64,000 nt of DNA from a virus. Positions 50,827-60,778 of this stretch are shown piece by piece. The stretch covers positions 1 through 64,000 of IMG/VR virus record IMGVR_UViG_3300038620_000126. One strand, 5' to 3'. Both the position numbers and the translations under genes were made by a program. The notes beneath the pieces are model-generated. The model was given only the letters and a program-made list of their open reading frames with translations, did not search any database and was not told the origin of the DNA. Numbering within the stretch: the stretch's first letter is position 1; each line of letters starts with the position of its first letter.

Positions 50827-52630
50827 CACCAGCATCAGATGTTACGTCGAACGTAAGATAAGAAGTTTCTGGATACTTACCTGCCTCCGTGATAGCAGCG
50901 CGAGACTTAACTGCAATCTTTGGAGCCATAGTACCTTCAGCAATAGTGCTAATCGATTCTGCCATAAGGTATGGCATAAACTTAATTCCAGGTTCTTCAT
51001 CGCTTCCCTTACGCATAACGCAAACGCGAGAATCATTCCACTGCATGTTAGCATCACTATAAACAGTAACACCGAATACAGTACCATGAGGACTTACACT
51101 TGAGTTAGCTTGATCAAATGTATTTTGGAAGCTTGATGGCATGTAACCAGCAACATCTACCATACTCTGAGTTAAACGTCCACTCATAACAGCGCAATTA
51201 CCAGGTCCAATACGGTTGCGGTGATGCAAGAAACTTGCAACAGCACCAATGGTTCTTGGAATTCTCCGTTGAATGGTTTCTTGGTTTTCATACAAGGTTG
51301 TGGTACCAGTGAAACCCAAAGCGTTTGCAGGTTGACCTGCACTAGTTGGGAACGTTGCTAGTGTATTATCTTTACCCGGGTAGGTTGAATAAACACCATT
51401 ATTACCAATGTGTAAGTTGAAGTCCGATCCTTCAGTTTTGTAACTGTTAATATGGTTAGTCCAACCTAGTGCCATTGCGCGTCCAATCAGTGCTTTACTA
51501 AAGCTTTGAGTAAGCTCATTAACACAAGCACTTTCAGACATACCAACAGCATCAATACCCCAAATGGATTGATAGTCTTGGATTTGTTCAGTCTTCAATG
51601 GTAAAGCAATTTGGAAAGTTTCTGCTTCTACCAAACGGCTGAACATTTCCATGCCCAGTTCGCGATAATAGGTATTTTCACCAGTTTCGCGACTCATTGG
51701 GGAAGCATATGGACCTGCGTTAGCACCACTTGCATTACTGTTTGTGTATTGGCCAGCTTCAAAACCTTCAAAGTTAAGAGTAAAATCATCATTGTCTTGA
51801 GAACCAGCACCACTAAATCCGGGAATGTGGTTAGTAAGTGCAGTTGCCAGTTCTGCTCTAACGCCACCAAGCGCATTACTATCAGCAACAACACTACCAC
51901 CACTAGTCGGATCAAACAACCGATAACTTGTAGTGGTTCCCGTAAATACATCACTAATAGCCAAATTACCTGCGTTATTAGTGTATTGCACACGGAAAAT
52001 TGGATCAGGAGTAATACGATGCTTACCTAAGAAAGTCAAGGTCATAACTGTTTGGTTACTACCACTGCTTTCTTGAACTTCGTATTGCCGACCTTTAACC
52101 AAGCTATCAATAGTGCTTTGAGAAAGGTTATTGACAGCAATAACATAAGGAGCATTTTGTTTGCCCTGACCACGAATTTGACCACCAGCATAATTGTACT
52201 CTAGATAAGGCAACATAATTGCAGGCTTATCCATAGGGATAACAGGGAAAAGATCAAAAGCTGGTGTTTCAGCAGCAACCTGAATTGATACAGGAAGGGC
52301 AGCAGGGAAAACATCACCAGACCCCGTGTTACCACGATAAAACACATTTTGTGTAGAACCTTGTGGACCTGCAATTGAATTACCAGCACCATATTGTGCG
52401 GGGTTTGAAGGAGCTTGAACAGCACCAATACCATTAACATTACCCAAGGAAGCAGAAGTTTGACCAGCTTCGTTCAAAGGACCCATTGCACGTTTTGCAT
52501 GGTTATGGCAATATTGGTACAGCCACTGCCTACGGGATTCAGATAGTTGACTAGTATCAATGTTCATACTTTGCAACACTGGATCCCATGTTTCTTTTAG
52601 TTTTTGACTACTGAAGTCTTTAATAAACAT
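50810..52630 (-). CDS. Major capsid protein (T4 gp23-like)
   Basis: W.PVL propeptide, PM..P, EQIQD, G..F.PY, P.IA.KSR; predicted cleavage PLNE/A; highly expressed codon bias. Confidence 0.92.
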   Translation of the reverse strand: MFIKDFSSQKLKETWDPVLQSMNIDTSQLSESRRQWLYQYCHNHAKRAMGPLNEAGQTSASLGNVNGIGAVQAPSNPAQYGAGNSIAGPQGSTQNVFYRGNTGSGDVFPAALPVSIQVAAETPAFDLFPVIPMDKPAIMLPYLEYNYAGGQIRGQGKQNAPYVIAVNNLSQSTIDSLVKGRQYEVQESSGSNQTVMTLTFLGKHRITPDPIFRVQYTNNAGNLAISDVFTGTTTSYRLFDPTSGGSVVADSNALGGVRAELATALTNHIPGFSGAGSQDNDDFTLNFEGFEAGQYTNSNASGANAGPYASPMSRETGENTYYRELGMEMFSRLVEAETFQIALPLKTEQIQDYQSIWGIDAVGMSESACVNELTQSFSKALIGRAMALGWTNHINSYKTEGSDFNLHIGNNGVYSTYPGKDNTLATFPTSAGQPANALGFTGTTTLYENQETIQRRIPRTIGAVASFLHHRNRIGPGNCAVMSGRLTQSMVDVAGYMPSSFQNTFDQANSSVSPHGTVFGVTVYSDANMQWNDSRVCVMRKGSDEEPGIKFMPYLMAESISTIAEGTMAPKIAVKSRAAITEAGKYPETSYLTFDVTSDAGGVDFL

Positions 52631-52675
52631 AATTTTAGTTTTTTTTATTTTTTGTTTTTTTGCGTTTTTTTGTTT

Positions 52676-54982
52676 TTAACGCGAACGGTACTTTAGATTT
52701 TCTTTTAATAGTTTGAGACCATCTTCATATCCCAATTCATTAGTGCTTTGCTCTTGTGCACTTTCATAAATACCGTTGTTACGACTTAGTCCTTGAAAGT
52801 TTTGCGATGATTTTGATTTTGTATCATTCACAATTGAATTAGACTTCCAGAACTTGTTAATTTTGTTTTGAGAATCGAAATTCCAAATTTTTGCCTGATT
52901 GTGAATTTGATTACGTTCACTCTCAGATAAGTTGTTCCAAACATTTACATATTGCTTGGGCATATTTTTTATGTAGCTTGGGGCATTTTGATCGCTTTCA
53001 TAAACCCTTCTACAAACTTCATAAATTTGATTTGGGTGATAAACTTGATTCTTAGCAATCTCATCTGAAACAATTTGCTTTTGTGCACTGGACAATCCAT
53101 AGAAAAACTGTTTCTGATTTTCTGAAAGCATTCTAACAAATGGATATAGTTCATCAACTGATTCTGAATAATGCCTTGAATAAGTTTGATTTGCTGCTTC
53201 TAATGCATTATCTACAGTTTCATCAATACTTTCAATTTCAATTGAATCACCCAATTGATAGTGTTCCGTAATACCAGATTCATTCAGTGATTCTGCTATT
53301 GTTTCCGTATAATTAATGCTACTTTCAACACTAGGTTGTATTACATCTTCCATGTAACTTCCAATTGCTTCAATATTTTCTTTTAGTTTATCTGAATAAT
53401 TAATGCTACCTTCTAGGTATGGCTTAATTTCATCTTGTGTATAATCAATCAAATCATTAGTTCTTTCTGCAATGAATTCTGAATAATCTCTATTGCCTTG
53501 AATATTTTCACGAAGTTCTTCAGTATAATCAACAATGTGGTTTACATGTTCTGCAATGTTTTCGCTATAATTAATAGCACTTTCAACATTGGGGCGAAGT
53601 TCACCGTCCATATATTCACGGTTGTTGTGTATACCTTCTCTTAATTCGTTTTGGGTATAATCAATAAGTTGATTGGTTGTTTGACCAATAGCTTCGGTAT
53701 AACTAACTAGTTTATTGAATTTATTTTCAAGTGTATCAAAAGCATTTTTTATCTGCTTCGAATAGGCATTAATTTCATTTTTCAACTCTTTTATAGAGTT
53801 GTCATTTTCGAAAGTGTTGTTTTCTGCATAACCTGCAACACTATCAATTTTATTTTCAATATCTTCAAACGCTTCATTAATTTTTCTACTATGTTCTTCC
53901 AAATAGTTTGAAATTTGTTCAATTTTGCGTTGTTGATATGAATTTTCTGGAACTTTAGAACGTAGGTTTTTAATTTCTTTTTCTACATTTCTAAAATTTT
54001 TGTTGTGGGCTTCTGCGAGCCTGTCAACTTTTTGCTTTAATTTGTTTGTGGTTTTTTCAGTTTCGTAACCCATTTCTTTTAGTTTATTTTTTGTTTTATT
54101 TATTTCATTTGTTTTATTTATTTCATAATTTAAATTTTCTTCTTCAGATTCATATTCTTCATCTTCAAAGTTTTCTGATTCAAAGTTTATACGATCTATC
54201 ATTCTTTGAACCCTATTAACTTGTGATTCATTTAATGTATAGATAATTTGATTTCCATAGTCAGAATCCAAACCAAAATCTTCATTTATAATGGTAAGGT
54301 CATCTGCATCATTTACAACACCCAATCTTGGTTCATAGTCAAAGCTTGAATAAAGTGAACTATAGTTTTTATTGTTCTTTTCAGCAAGTCTTTGAAGTTG
54401 ATTATCAAGTGTTTTATAATATTCTCTATATTTTTGGCGGAGTTCTTCTCCCTCTTGAACTTGAGAAAGTTGAGCGCCCGAAAAACCGGGAACTGATACT
54501 AAATCATACGTAAAAATCTTTTTAATTTTTACTTTTTTATCATTTCCAACTTGACCTGCTGCTCTCGATGATATGTATAGCGGAACACCAGCATCAACTA
54601 AGTTTCTAGCCTGCTCCCCGTATATAGTGGGGAGTAAGCGAATTCTACCTTCAATTGTATTATTTTTCTTATTATACCAAACATTTTCAACTTTATGAGA
54701 TGCATTTTGAAGTGAAATATCAAAACCTTCTGGGTGATCCATTTCACCCAACAAAGCATTCTTTTTAGCCCTTTCTTGAAGTTGCCCTAACTGGTTTAAG
54801 TATTCCTGTTTTTCATAAATTCGATTATTATCGTTTTCTTTATCAAGTTCTGCAAAAGTACCTTCTAAAATGTAGTCTTTTGTCTTTTTATTTTCATTGT
54901 TACCTTCATTTACAAGCTCAATGTTAGAACTACTTTTTTCCAGTAAAAAAATCCATTGGTTATCATTTGTCTTATTAGACAT
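52676..54982 (-). CDS. Fused prohead protease (gp21-like) and scaffold (gp22-like)
   Basis: LEG.F....N.N.RIY, GEMDHP, SH, SSRAAG, DLV..PGF, then an acidic coiled coil with I(D/N)Y(T/S)E repeats. Confidence 0.88.
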   Translation of the reverse strand: MSNKTNDNQWIFLLEKSSSNIELVNEGNNENKKTKDYILEGTFAELDKENDNNRIYEKQEYLNQLGQLQERAKKNALLGEMDHPEGFDISLQNASHKVENVWYNKKNNTIEGRIRLLPTIYGEQARNLVDAGVPLYISSRAAGQVGNDKKVKIKKIFTYDLVSVPGFSGAQLSQVQEGEELRQKYREYYKTLDNQLQRLAEKNNKNYSSLYSSFDYEPRLGVVNDADDLTIINEDFGLDSDYGNQIIYTLNESQVNRVQRMIDRINFESENFEDEEYESEEENLNYEINKTNEINKTKNKLKEMGYETEKTTNKLKQKVDRLAEAHNKNFRNVEKEIKNLRSKVPENSYQQRKIEQISNYLEEHSRKINEAFEDIENKIDSVAGYAENNTFENDNSIKELKNEINAYSKQIKNAFDTLENKFNKLVSYTEAIGQTTNQLIDYTQNELREGIHNNREYMDGELRPNVESAINYSENIAEHVNHIVDYTEELRENIQGNRDYSEFIAERTNDLIDYTQDEIKPYLEGSINYSDKLKENIEAIGSYMEDVIQPSVESSINYTETIAESLNESGITEHYQLGDSIEIESIDETVDNALEAANQTYSRHYSESVDELYPFVRMLSENQKQFFYGLSSAQKQIVSDEIAKNQVYHPNQIYEVCRRVYESDQNAPSYIKNMPKQYVNVWNNLSESERNQIHNQAKIWNFDSQNKINKFWKSNSIVNDTKSKSSQNFQGLSRNNGIYESAQEQSTNELGYEDGLKLLKENLKYRSR

Positions 54983-55017
54983 AGTTTTATTTTTTCTTTA
55001 TTTATTTATTATAAAAT

Positions 55018-55041
55018 AAAAAAGCGGCTTTGTAGCCGCTT
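55018..55041 (-). terminator. Intrinsic terminator
   Basis: AAGCGGCT/AGCCGCTT plus a T-tract on the minus strand. Confidence 0.75.
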
Positions 55042-55080
55042 AGAATTTGACTTTTAGTAAGTATTTCATTAAAGTGTTAA

Positions 55081-55479
55081 TTAATCATCATCTTCTTCAC
55101 CCAAACCATATCTATCCTCTAACTCTTCCGCTGCTCCTTCTATTCCATAACTATCTTTCATTTCAGCCGTTTCAATAACATGTTTCATAACTTTTTCTTT
55201 TAATGAACCACCATCTTTATCTTCTGCAGCATCTAACAGTGCCATTAAGTCATTTTCAAATTCTAAATCAAATTCATCTGCTGCATCTTTCATAGCATAT
55301 TCAAGTGCATCATCTTTTACATTGTCTGCCACTGCGTCTGCTATATCATCAATATCAAATTCGGAAAATGCTCTGTTAGAACTTAAATTAAATTCAAGTT
55401 CTTCATTTATCTTCTTTTTATTTTTTGAAATTTTATTTTCTTTGATAAATTCATTAAATGTAGGTAGTTTACTTCTCAT
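55081..55479 (-). CDS. Acidic putative internal head protein (MRSKLPTFNEFIKE)
   Basis: CTS-like leader, INE site, very acidic body. Confidence 0.7.
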   Translation of the reverse strand: MRSKLPTFNEFIKENKISKNKKKINEELEFNLSSNRAFSEFDIDDIADAVADNVKDDALEYAMKDAADEFDLEFENDLMALLDAAEDKDGGSLKEKVMKHVIETAEMKDSYGIEGAAEELEDRYGLGEEDDD

Positions 55480-55534
55480 AATTATTGTTTTTGTTATTTA
55501 TTTAATAAAAAAAAATCCCACTTCAAAAGTGGGA
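55445..55534 (-). repeat. 90-bp cassette copy 1 (terminator + late promoter + leader + first CTS codons)
   Basis: 89/90 identical to 56260..56349. Confidence 0.92.
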
Positions 55535-55580
55535 TTTTATAAAATGTTTAATTTATTTTTGTAGTTTAGTAAAAACTTAA

Positions 55581-56294
55581 CTACAGTATAGTTTCCATCA
55601 TATTCTTAACATCTTTTTTGTTTTTAACAGGTTTATTGTAACCTGTAATTGCTTTAATATACTGTATAGAGTGTTTGTTATCAGGATCCAGTAAATCTTC
55701 AAGTCCAGGATCGCCCATTTTATATCTATTGTACAATTTACTTGAAAAATACATAAACGCATCACCAACTGCATTTTTTACTTTTGCTCTTATGGTGTTT
55801 ACTTTATCTTTTATAATGTTATCTACATCGGGTTCATTTTTTATTAATTTACTACTTACCTTTTTAACTGCATCATTAAGTGCAATAATAACTTCAGTTG
55901 CAACTCGTTTCTTAGCAAAGTCTTGAATAATACTTTCAACTTTATCTTCATTATCACCAAAAATTTCAGGCTTTGTTTTTTTATGCCGTTTTGCAATACT
56001 CTCAAAGAGATCGTTAAAAAAATCTATTGTTACTTTTTCAGTAAAGCTTTTAATAAGGTCATTCAATTTTTCAACTTTGTCTTCAGATCCACTTCTTTTA
56101 ATTCTAGTTACTTCATCTTTATAAACTGATAATAAAGATACGTCACCAGAATCAAGTGACTGTAACATATGCTTTGGTGCATGTTTTAGTAATGGATGAT
56201 TAACTGCATCTTGTATAACATCTGGCATATCACTTTTAGCCATGTTTTGATTTTCAGTAATAAATTCATTAAATGTAGGTAGTTTACTTCTCAT
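55581..56294 (-). CDS. Putative internal head protein (MRSKLPTFNEFITE)
   Basis: CTS-like leader. Confidence 0.7.
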   Translation of the reverse strand: MRSKLPTFNEFITENQNMAKSDMPDVIQDAVNHPLLKHAPKHMLQSLDSGDVSLLSVYKDEVTRIKRSGSEDKVEKLNDLIKSFTEKVTIDFFNDLFESIAKRHKKTKPEIFGDNEDKVESIIQDFAKKRVATEVIIALNDAVKKVSSKLIKNEPDVDNIIKDKVNTIRAKVKNAVGDAFMYFSSKLYNRYKMGDPGLEDLLDPDNKHSIQYIKAITGYNKPVKNKKDVKNMMETIL

Positions 56295-56349
56295 AATTAT
56301 TGTTTTTGTTATTTATTTAATTAAAAAAAATCCCACTTCAAAAGTGGGA
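56260..56349 (-). repeat. 90-bp cassette copy 2
   Basis: Contains the TCCCACTT/AAGTGGGA hairpin and AATAAATA. Confidence 0.92.
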
Positions 56350-56356
56350 CTTTAAA

Positions 56357-57019
56357 TTATGGATTTAACCGTTTTCCGATTTCAATAGCAGAACGTTTTT
56401 CTGACATTGAAAGTCCACTGATAGTTATTAGCCTTTCGTTAGGAATAATGGATTCGAATATAAAAGGACGGTTATTTACTGTAGAATGCATTTTTCCATC
56501 TTTACCGAATTTTGGGTAACCTACTTCTTTAATAACGCCCTTTTTACCTCTACCCGGATAACCATCTCGACACTCATTAGTGCTAATTAGGTAATATTTA
56601 CCTCCAGCGTCAGCAAAAGCTACAGAATCTTGTTTAAAGTATTCACCCAGTTTTGTTAAGGTATCTAGTAAATCTCCCGTATTTTCCTTATCAACTACAA
56701 AAAAGGATTCTTCTAATTCTTCTGGTTTTTCGTCCTTTTTTGGAGGATAATTTTTATAAAAAAGTCCTTTAATTGGCGTAACACCATAGTTCAAATACAA
56801 TAGCCTTTGTTTTAGTGTTGAATTGCGGATTTTATTTTCTTCTTTTGTATAGGGATCTCCACTTTGACAATCATCAGTTTCACGAAACGCGGTTATAACA
56901 CCGGTATCGTGATTTTTATAGTGTGTCCACAACCTAGATAATCCTGATTCGTTAATCTGATCAGATTTGCTAATTTTCTTTGCCATTGTAACGCTGTTTT
57001 TTTGATTCAATCGACTCAA
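56357..57019 (-). CDS. Conserved T4-like-phage hypothetical protein
   Basis: INESGLSR..., ITAFR, EN..RN..L, EESFFV, LG..F.QDSV pattern; true start possibly the downstream ATG (MAKK). Confidence 0.65.
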   Translation of the reverse strand: MSRLNQKNSVTMAKKISKSDQINESGLSRLWTHYKNHDTGVITAFRETDDCQSGDPYTKEENKIRNSTLKQRLLYLNYGVTPIKGLFYKNYPPKKDEKPEELEESFFVVDKENTGDLLDTLTKLGEYFKQDSVAFADAGGKYYLISTNECRDGYPGRGKKGVIKEVGYPKFGKDGKMHSTVNNRPFIFESIIPNERLITISGLSMSEKRSAIEIGKRLNP

Positions 57020-57100
57020 CTGTTAAACATTGTTAAGATCAAACAAGTTCCATGAACTATCCAAGATTGATGAGTTTATGCTTCATTTTATAAAAACAGT

Positions 57101-57682
57101 TCAATTAACACCAAGAACTTTTTTGATATCCTTAACAATTTTTTTAACTTTTTTGGGAACCTCTATTTTAATTTTGTCAACATCTAATTCACGTTCTACC
57201 TTTGCTGCTGTGTTTGTGTATAAAGTTTTCATTGTTTTAATATTTTTGTTAAGTTTACTGGAATTCACTGCTTCTGATGCTTCATCAGGATCAACAACAT
57301 TAATAAAAACTTCATAAACGTTTTCATTTTTATGATAAATAACTTCACTATAAAGAGCTGCTTTCTTTTTTTCAATTTTATCTAAAAACTCTTTTACTTT
57401 ATCACCTTTAGATGATTCATCAATTAACTTTTTCGTTGATTTTTGAGAAAGAATTCCAACATAGCTGTATGCATGTTTGTTTCGCTCAAGTCTTAAATTT
57501 TCTTTTTCAACAGTTTTAATTTTGTATTGTTCTTCATAAATATTTATAATACTTCTCATAATTAATGAAGCAAATTCTTCTGTAGGTGCTTTCATATTTG
57601 TAAGCACGCTATCATAAAGACCTTCTTTAACATTTTTATTTTCTTTAATAAATTGACTAAATGTAGGTAGTTTGTTTTTCAA
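57101..57682 (-). CDS. Putative internal head protein (KLPTFSQFIKE)
   Basis: CTS-like leader; late motif upstream. Confidence 0.7.
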   Translation of the reverse strand: MKNKLPTFSQFIKENKNVKEGLYDSVLTNMKAPTEEFASLIMRSIINIYEEQYKIKTVEKENLRLERNKHAYSYVGILSQKSTKKLIDESSKGDKVKEFLDKIEKKKAALYSEVIYHKNENVYEVFINVVDPDEASEAVNSSKLNKNIKTMKTLYTNTAAKVERELDVDKIKIEVPKKVKKIVKDIKKVLGVN

Positions 57683-57694
57683 AGCTGTTTTTTT

Positions 57695-58216
57695 TTATTT
57701 ATTTACTAGGAAAAATTCTACTGCATTTTTATAGTCTTTAGGAACAGAATTTTCAATTGTATCATGTATCCATTCCGATGCAAGCCATGTTAAAATTACT
57801 ATTTTTACTTCAGATTTAGTTAGTTCTTCAAATTTCATTTTTCCCTTTTCAGTTTTAAAAGTTTGATTATAATCTATTATTTCATTTTTTATGTAAATGT
57901 AAAAATCTTTAATTTTATTTCTACTAACTTCATATTTTTTATCAACTCTTTTTCGCATTATATCGTCTATTTCACTAAACATGTAGTCAAACGCCTCGCT
58001 GGGTTTTGGTAACTTTGAATCTTTTTTGTAGGTTTTTCCGTGTTTTGTTCGCTGCTTTTCTTTCATATGTTCTATATCATCAATAACAATAGAAGCGGTT
58101 TCTCTTAATCCACGTTTTATAAATCTTTTACTTTTATTTGTAATGTTAAAGGGGTTATCGTCGTATTCAAACGCTTCAAATAAAAATTCAGAAAAAGTTG
58201 GAATAAAGCTTGACAT
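57695..58216 (-). CDS. Putative internal head protein (IPTFSEFLFE)
   Basis: CTS-like leader; late motif at 58230. Confidence 0.7.
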   Translation of the reverse strand: MSSFIPTFSEFLFEAFEYDDNPFNITNKSKRFIKRGLRETASIVIDDIEHMKEKQRTKHGKTYKKDSKLPKPSEAFDYMFSEIDDIMRKRVDKKYEVSRNKIKDFYIYIKNEIIDYNQTFKTEKGKMKFEELTKSEVKIVILTWLASEWIHDTIENSVPKDYKNAVEFFLVNK

Positions 58217-58309
58217 TCCTAGTTTTTCTTATTTATTTAGAACGTGAAACCAAAGCACATCGGTTTCTGTTCTTACAGTAGGAGGTTAAACATTAAACTT
58301 AGAAAAAAA

Positions 58310-58837
58310 ATGAAAGACAACGTAAAAAAGTTCCAAAAAAAATCCGAAGCTCTAGATTTTATTGTTGGGGACAATTCCCTTTTCACAATTAAAAACATAA
58401 AAACGGGGAATCGCTTAACTTATAGGGTTAAGCGCCCCAAAAAAATTATTGATCAGAATAAAGAGCTTTACTTTGTTGAAGTTCTTAATTCTGAAAATTC
58501 GTATGAATATATTGGTTGCATGCAACTAAATCAAACCAATAATTTGTACTTTTTCAAACTAACAAAAAAGAGTCCTCGGCCATTAGATGATGCGGGTGTA
58601 AAGCCTATTCAGTGGCTTATAAAATACCTTCAAACAGACGGTAATGAACTTCACCCGTCATTGGAAATTTGGCACCACGGAATGTGTGGTAAATGTGGAC
58701 GGGAACTAACCGTTCCCGAATCCATAAAAGTAGGATTTGGACCACATTGCTATAAACTTGTTAAACCACAAGTTGAAGCAGAACTTAAATCTAAGCTCAA
58801 AAATTTGAGTAAAGAGCAAATAGAAACATTGCAATAA
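58310..58837 (+). CDS. DUF6011-like Zn-finger protein
   Basis: CGKCGRELTVPESI..GFGPHC; the likely ATG start at 58310 follows an A-run. Confidence 0.75.
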   Translation: MKDNVKKFQKKSEALDFIVGDNSLFTIKNIKTGNRLTYRVKRPKKIIDQNKELYFVEVLNSENSYEYIGCMQLNQTNNLYFFKLTKKSPRPLDDAGVKPIQWLIKYLQTDGNELHPSLEIWHHGMCGKCGRELTVPESIKVGFGPHCYKLVKPQVEAELKSKLKNLSKEQIETLQ

Positions 58838-60742
58838 TCAATTTCCCATCTTTCCAAAAAGCCCACCGTTTTCGCGAACATAGTTTCCAATCTTTTCTAT
58901 TTCGCCTCGGTGGGTTCTTTTATATTGCTCAGAAGTTTCTGCACCTTCAATTATACCATTGTGAATGGATTCAATATAATTTGAAGGTGTTTGACTGTAA
59001 TCCCGCTTTTCAATTCCATCGCCCCTGTCTTCAAATTCACCACGACTGGGGTTTGCTTGTTCACCAGCAAATTTTTCACTTGGTAATGTTCTATAAAGTT
59101 TACCAGTTCCTCGGTTAAACATAGATTGAATTTCGGCGCCATCTCGTGGTCTTCCATGTGCAAGTTCAACTTGTACACTCATTGATGTTGGAAAATCTTC
59201 AGCCCCCAAATCATCTGAAAATTGAAATATAGCCTGTTCACAAATTAAGTTACCAATCATCATAATTGGATTCATTGGATTTCCAACAACTAAATGCCAA
59301 TTACCAACTGGATTACCAGATATTAGTGATGGTAAAATAATAGCGTCTGGACGAGACTTTGCACTTTCCATATCAAGAAACATTTTAAGCCCACCACCAA
59401 TCATGCTTTTAATTTTATTCATGGTTTCTTTGGGGTCTGAAGACGGATCAAACATTGCTTGAAGATCCGTTTGTATAGAATCCGCAATATTTGAAACATC
59501 AGAACTTAAGGTTCTAAAGTATTCTTGATAATCACCAGCATAAAAACTTGACCAATCACCAAGAAATGGAACTTGTGGAACATCAGGAAAAAATCTTACA
59601 TCACCACCCCACCAAGGTGCATAATCATAACACAAAGCCAACATATTAGCAAGAACATCAAGCATTCCAACTTTTGGACTGATATTACCTCCTGCTGTAA
59701 GATCAAATTGAAAATTAATTTTTAAATTTTGTTGTTCAAATTCAAGACCTTTTTGCCGCTTTTTTGTGTTTTTAATAACATTTACGGGGCCATAAACAGC
59801 ATTAGGATGGGTTTTTTCGTATGCATCTTTACCATAAATTTGTTGAGCCTTTTTTGATCTTTGTGCAAGATCGCCCGAACCAGATGCTTGTCCAGAATAA
59901 AATGCAGTAACAGTTCTCAATGCACCTGAATTCGAAACAGAACCTGGCAGATCCGAAAAACCCGGAATTTTACCATCCTCTTCCCATACGTCTGATTCAA
60001 TATCCTCCCAATTGTACTTAGTTGAAAATTGCATTATTTCACTCAACTTATTTTCAGTCTCTTCACCAAAATAAGTTACAGCTTTTGCAACAGGAGGCAT
60101 ATATTTAACACCTTGAATTTCTGCATTTTTGTTAGTTACTGTAACAGGGCCTAAAGCATCTGTTGTTGGGTAAAGAAATCTTCTTAGTGTTATTAATCGG
60201 TTGTTTGGTATTTCGCCAAAATATCTTGCATAAACAAAATCTTTAGGTTGATAAGCAAATATTGGCCCAACCTTATCACCAAGATTATCAGAGCTAAAAT
60301 AGTTTAATATATTTTTTAGTGTTGGTTCAACATATTCTGGTTTTTGTATATCATTACCAGCTTCTTCTGAAGTATTATTGGGGTTTAGAAAGAAGTCATT
60401 AATTGAATGATAAGCATTTTTATCTTTTGCAAGACTAAAAATAGCAAAGTTGTTCATCATTGCTTTGCCACCCTTTACAACTACTCTGCCTTTTGCACCA
60501 GAACCCGAAACTTGATTCTTTACATCATCAAGACTATTAATTTGAATTATTTTATAAACTTCACTTGAACCGTATTGTTCATATGCTCCCTCGAACACTT
60601 CTTCGGGTATAATTCGTGGATTGACTTCATTTTGAAGGTCTTCATAACTATCAACATTTAATGCATCCCCATTAACACCCGGAAATACTACAGGCTCAAA
60701 CGAACTATTGCTTTCTCGTGCTTGGCTAAGTGATCCCTGCAT
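58838..60742 (-). CDS. Putative baseplate/tail structural protein
   Basis: 634 aa, late motif upstream; tube-initiator-like C-terminus (IGNLIC...F.FS..LG..DFP...V.L). Confidence 0.5.
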   Translation of the reverse strand: MQGSLSQARESNSSFEPVVFPGVNGDALNVDSYEDLQNEVNPRIIPEEVFEGAYEQYGSSEVYKIIQINSLDDVKNQVSGSGAKGRVVVKGGKAMMNNFAIFSLAKDKNAYHSINDFFLNPNNTSEEAGNDIQKPEYVEPTLKNILNYFSSDNLGDKVGPIFAYQPKDFVYARYFGEIPNNRLITLRRFLYPTTDALGPVTVTNKNAEIQGVKYMPPVAKAVTYFGEETENKLSEIMQFSTKYNWEDIESDVWEEDGKIPGFSDLPGSVSNSGALRTVTAFYSGQASGSGDLAQRSKKAQQIYGKDAYEKTHPNAVYGPVNVIKNTKKRQKGLEFEQQNLKINFQFDLTAGGNISPKVGMLDVLANMLALCYDYAPWWGGDVRFFPDVPQVPFLGDWSSFYAGDYQEYFRTLSSDVSNIADSIQTDLQAMFDPSSDPKETMNKIKSMIGGGLKMFLDMESAKSRPDAIILPSLISGNPVGNWHLVVGNPMNPIMMIGNLICEQAIFQFSDDLGAEDFPTSMSVQVELAHGRPRDGAEIQSMFNRGTGKLYRTLPSEKFAGEQANPSRGEFEDRGDGIEKRDYSQTPSNYIESIHNGIIEGAETSEQYKRTHRGEIEKIGNYVRENGGLFGKMGN

Positions 60743-60778
60743 TTAACTTTTTTATATTTATTCTAATAACAAAAACAA

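Noticed and set aside
50798-52440. Overlapping/antisense ORFs within the capsid gene (and similar shadows such as 21572, 29293, 35144, 39276, 45053, 57030)
   Set aside because: Explained by codon bias of the real gene; no leaders or motifs.
57030-57086. Possible CTS-like start MKHKLINLG*FMELV upstream of 56357..57019
   Set aside because: Three stops of different types and out of frame with the downstream ORF; cannot be supported.
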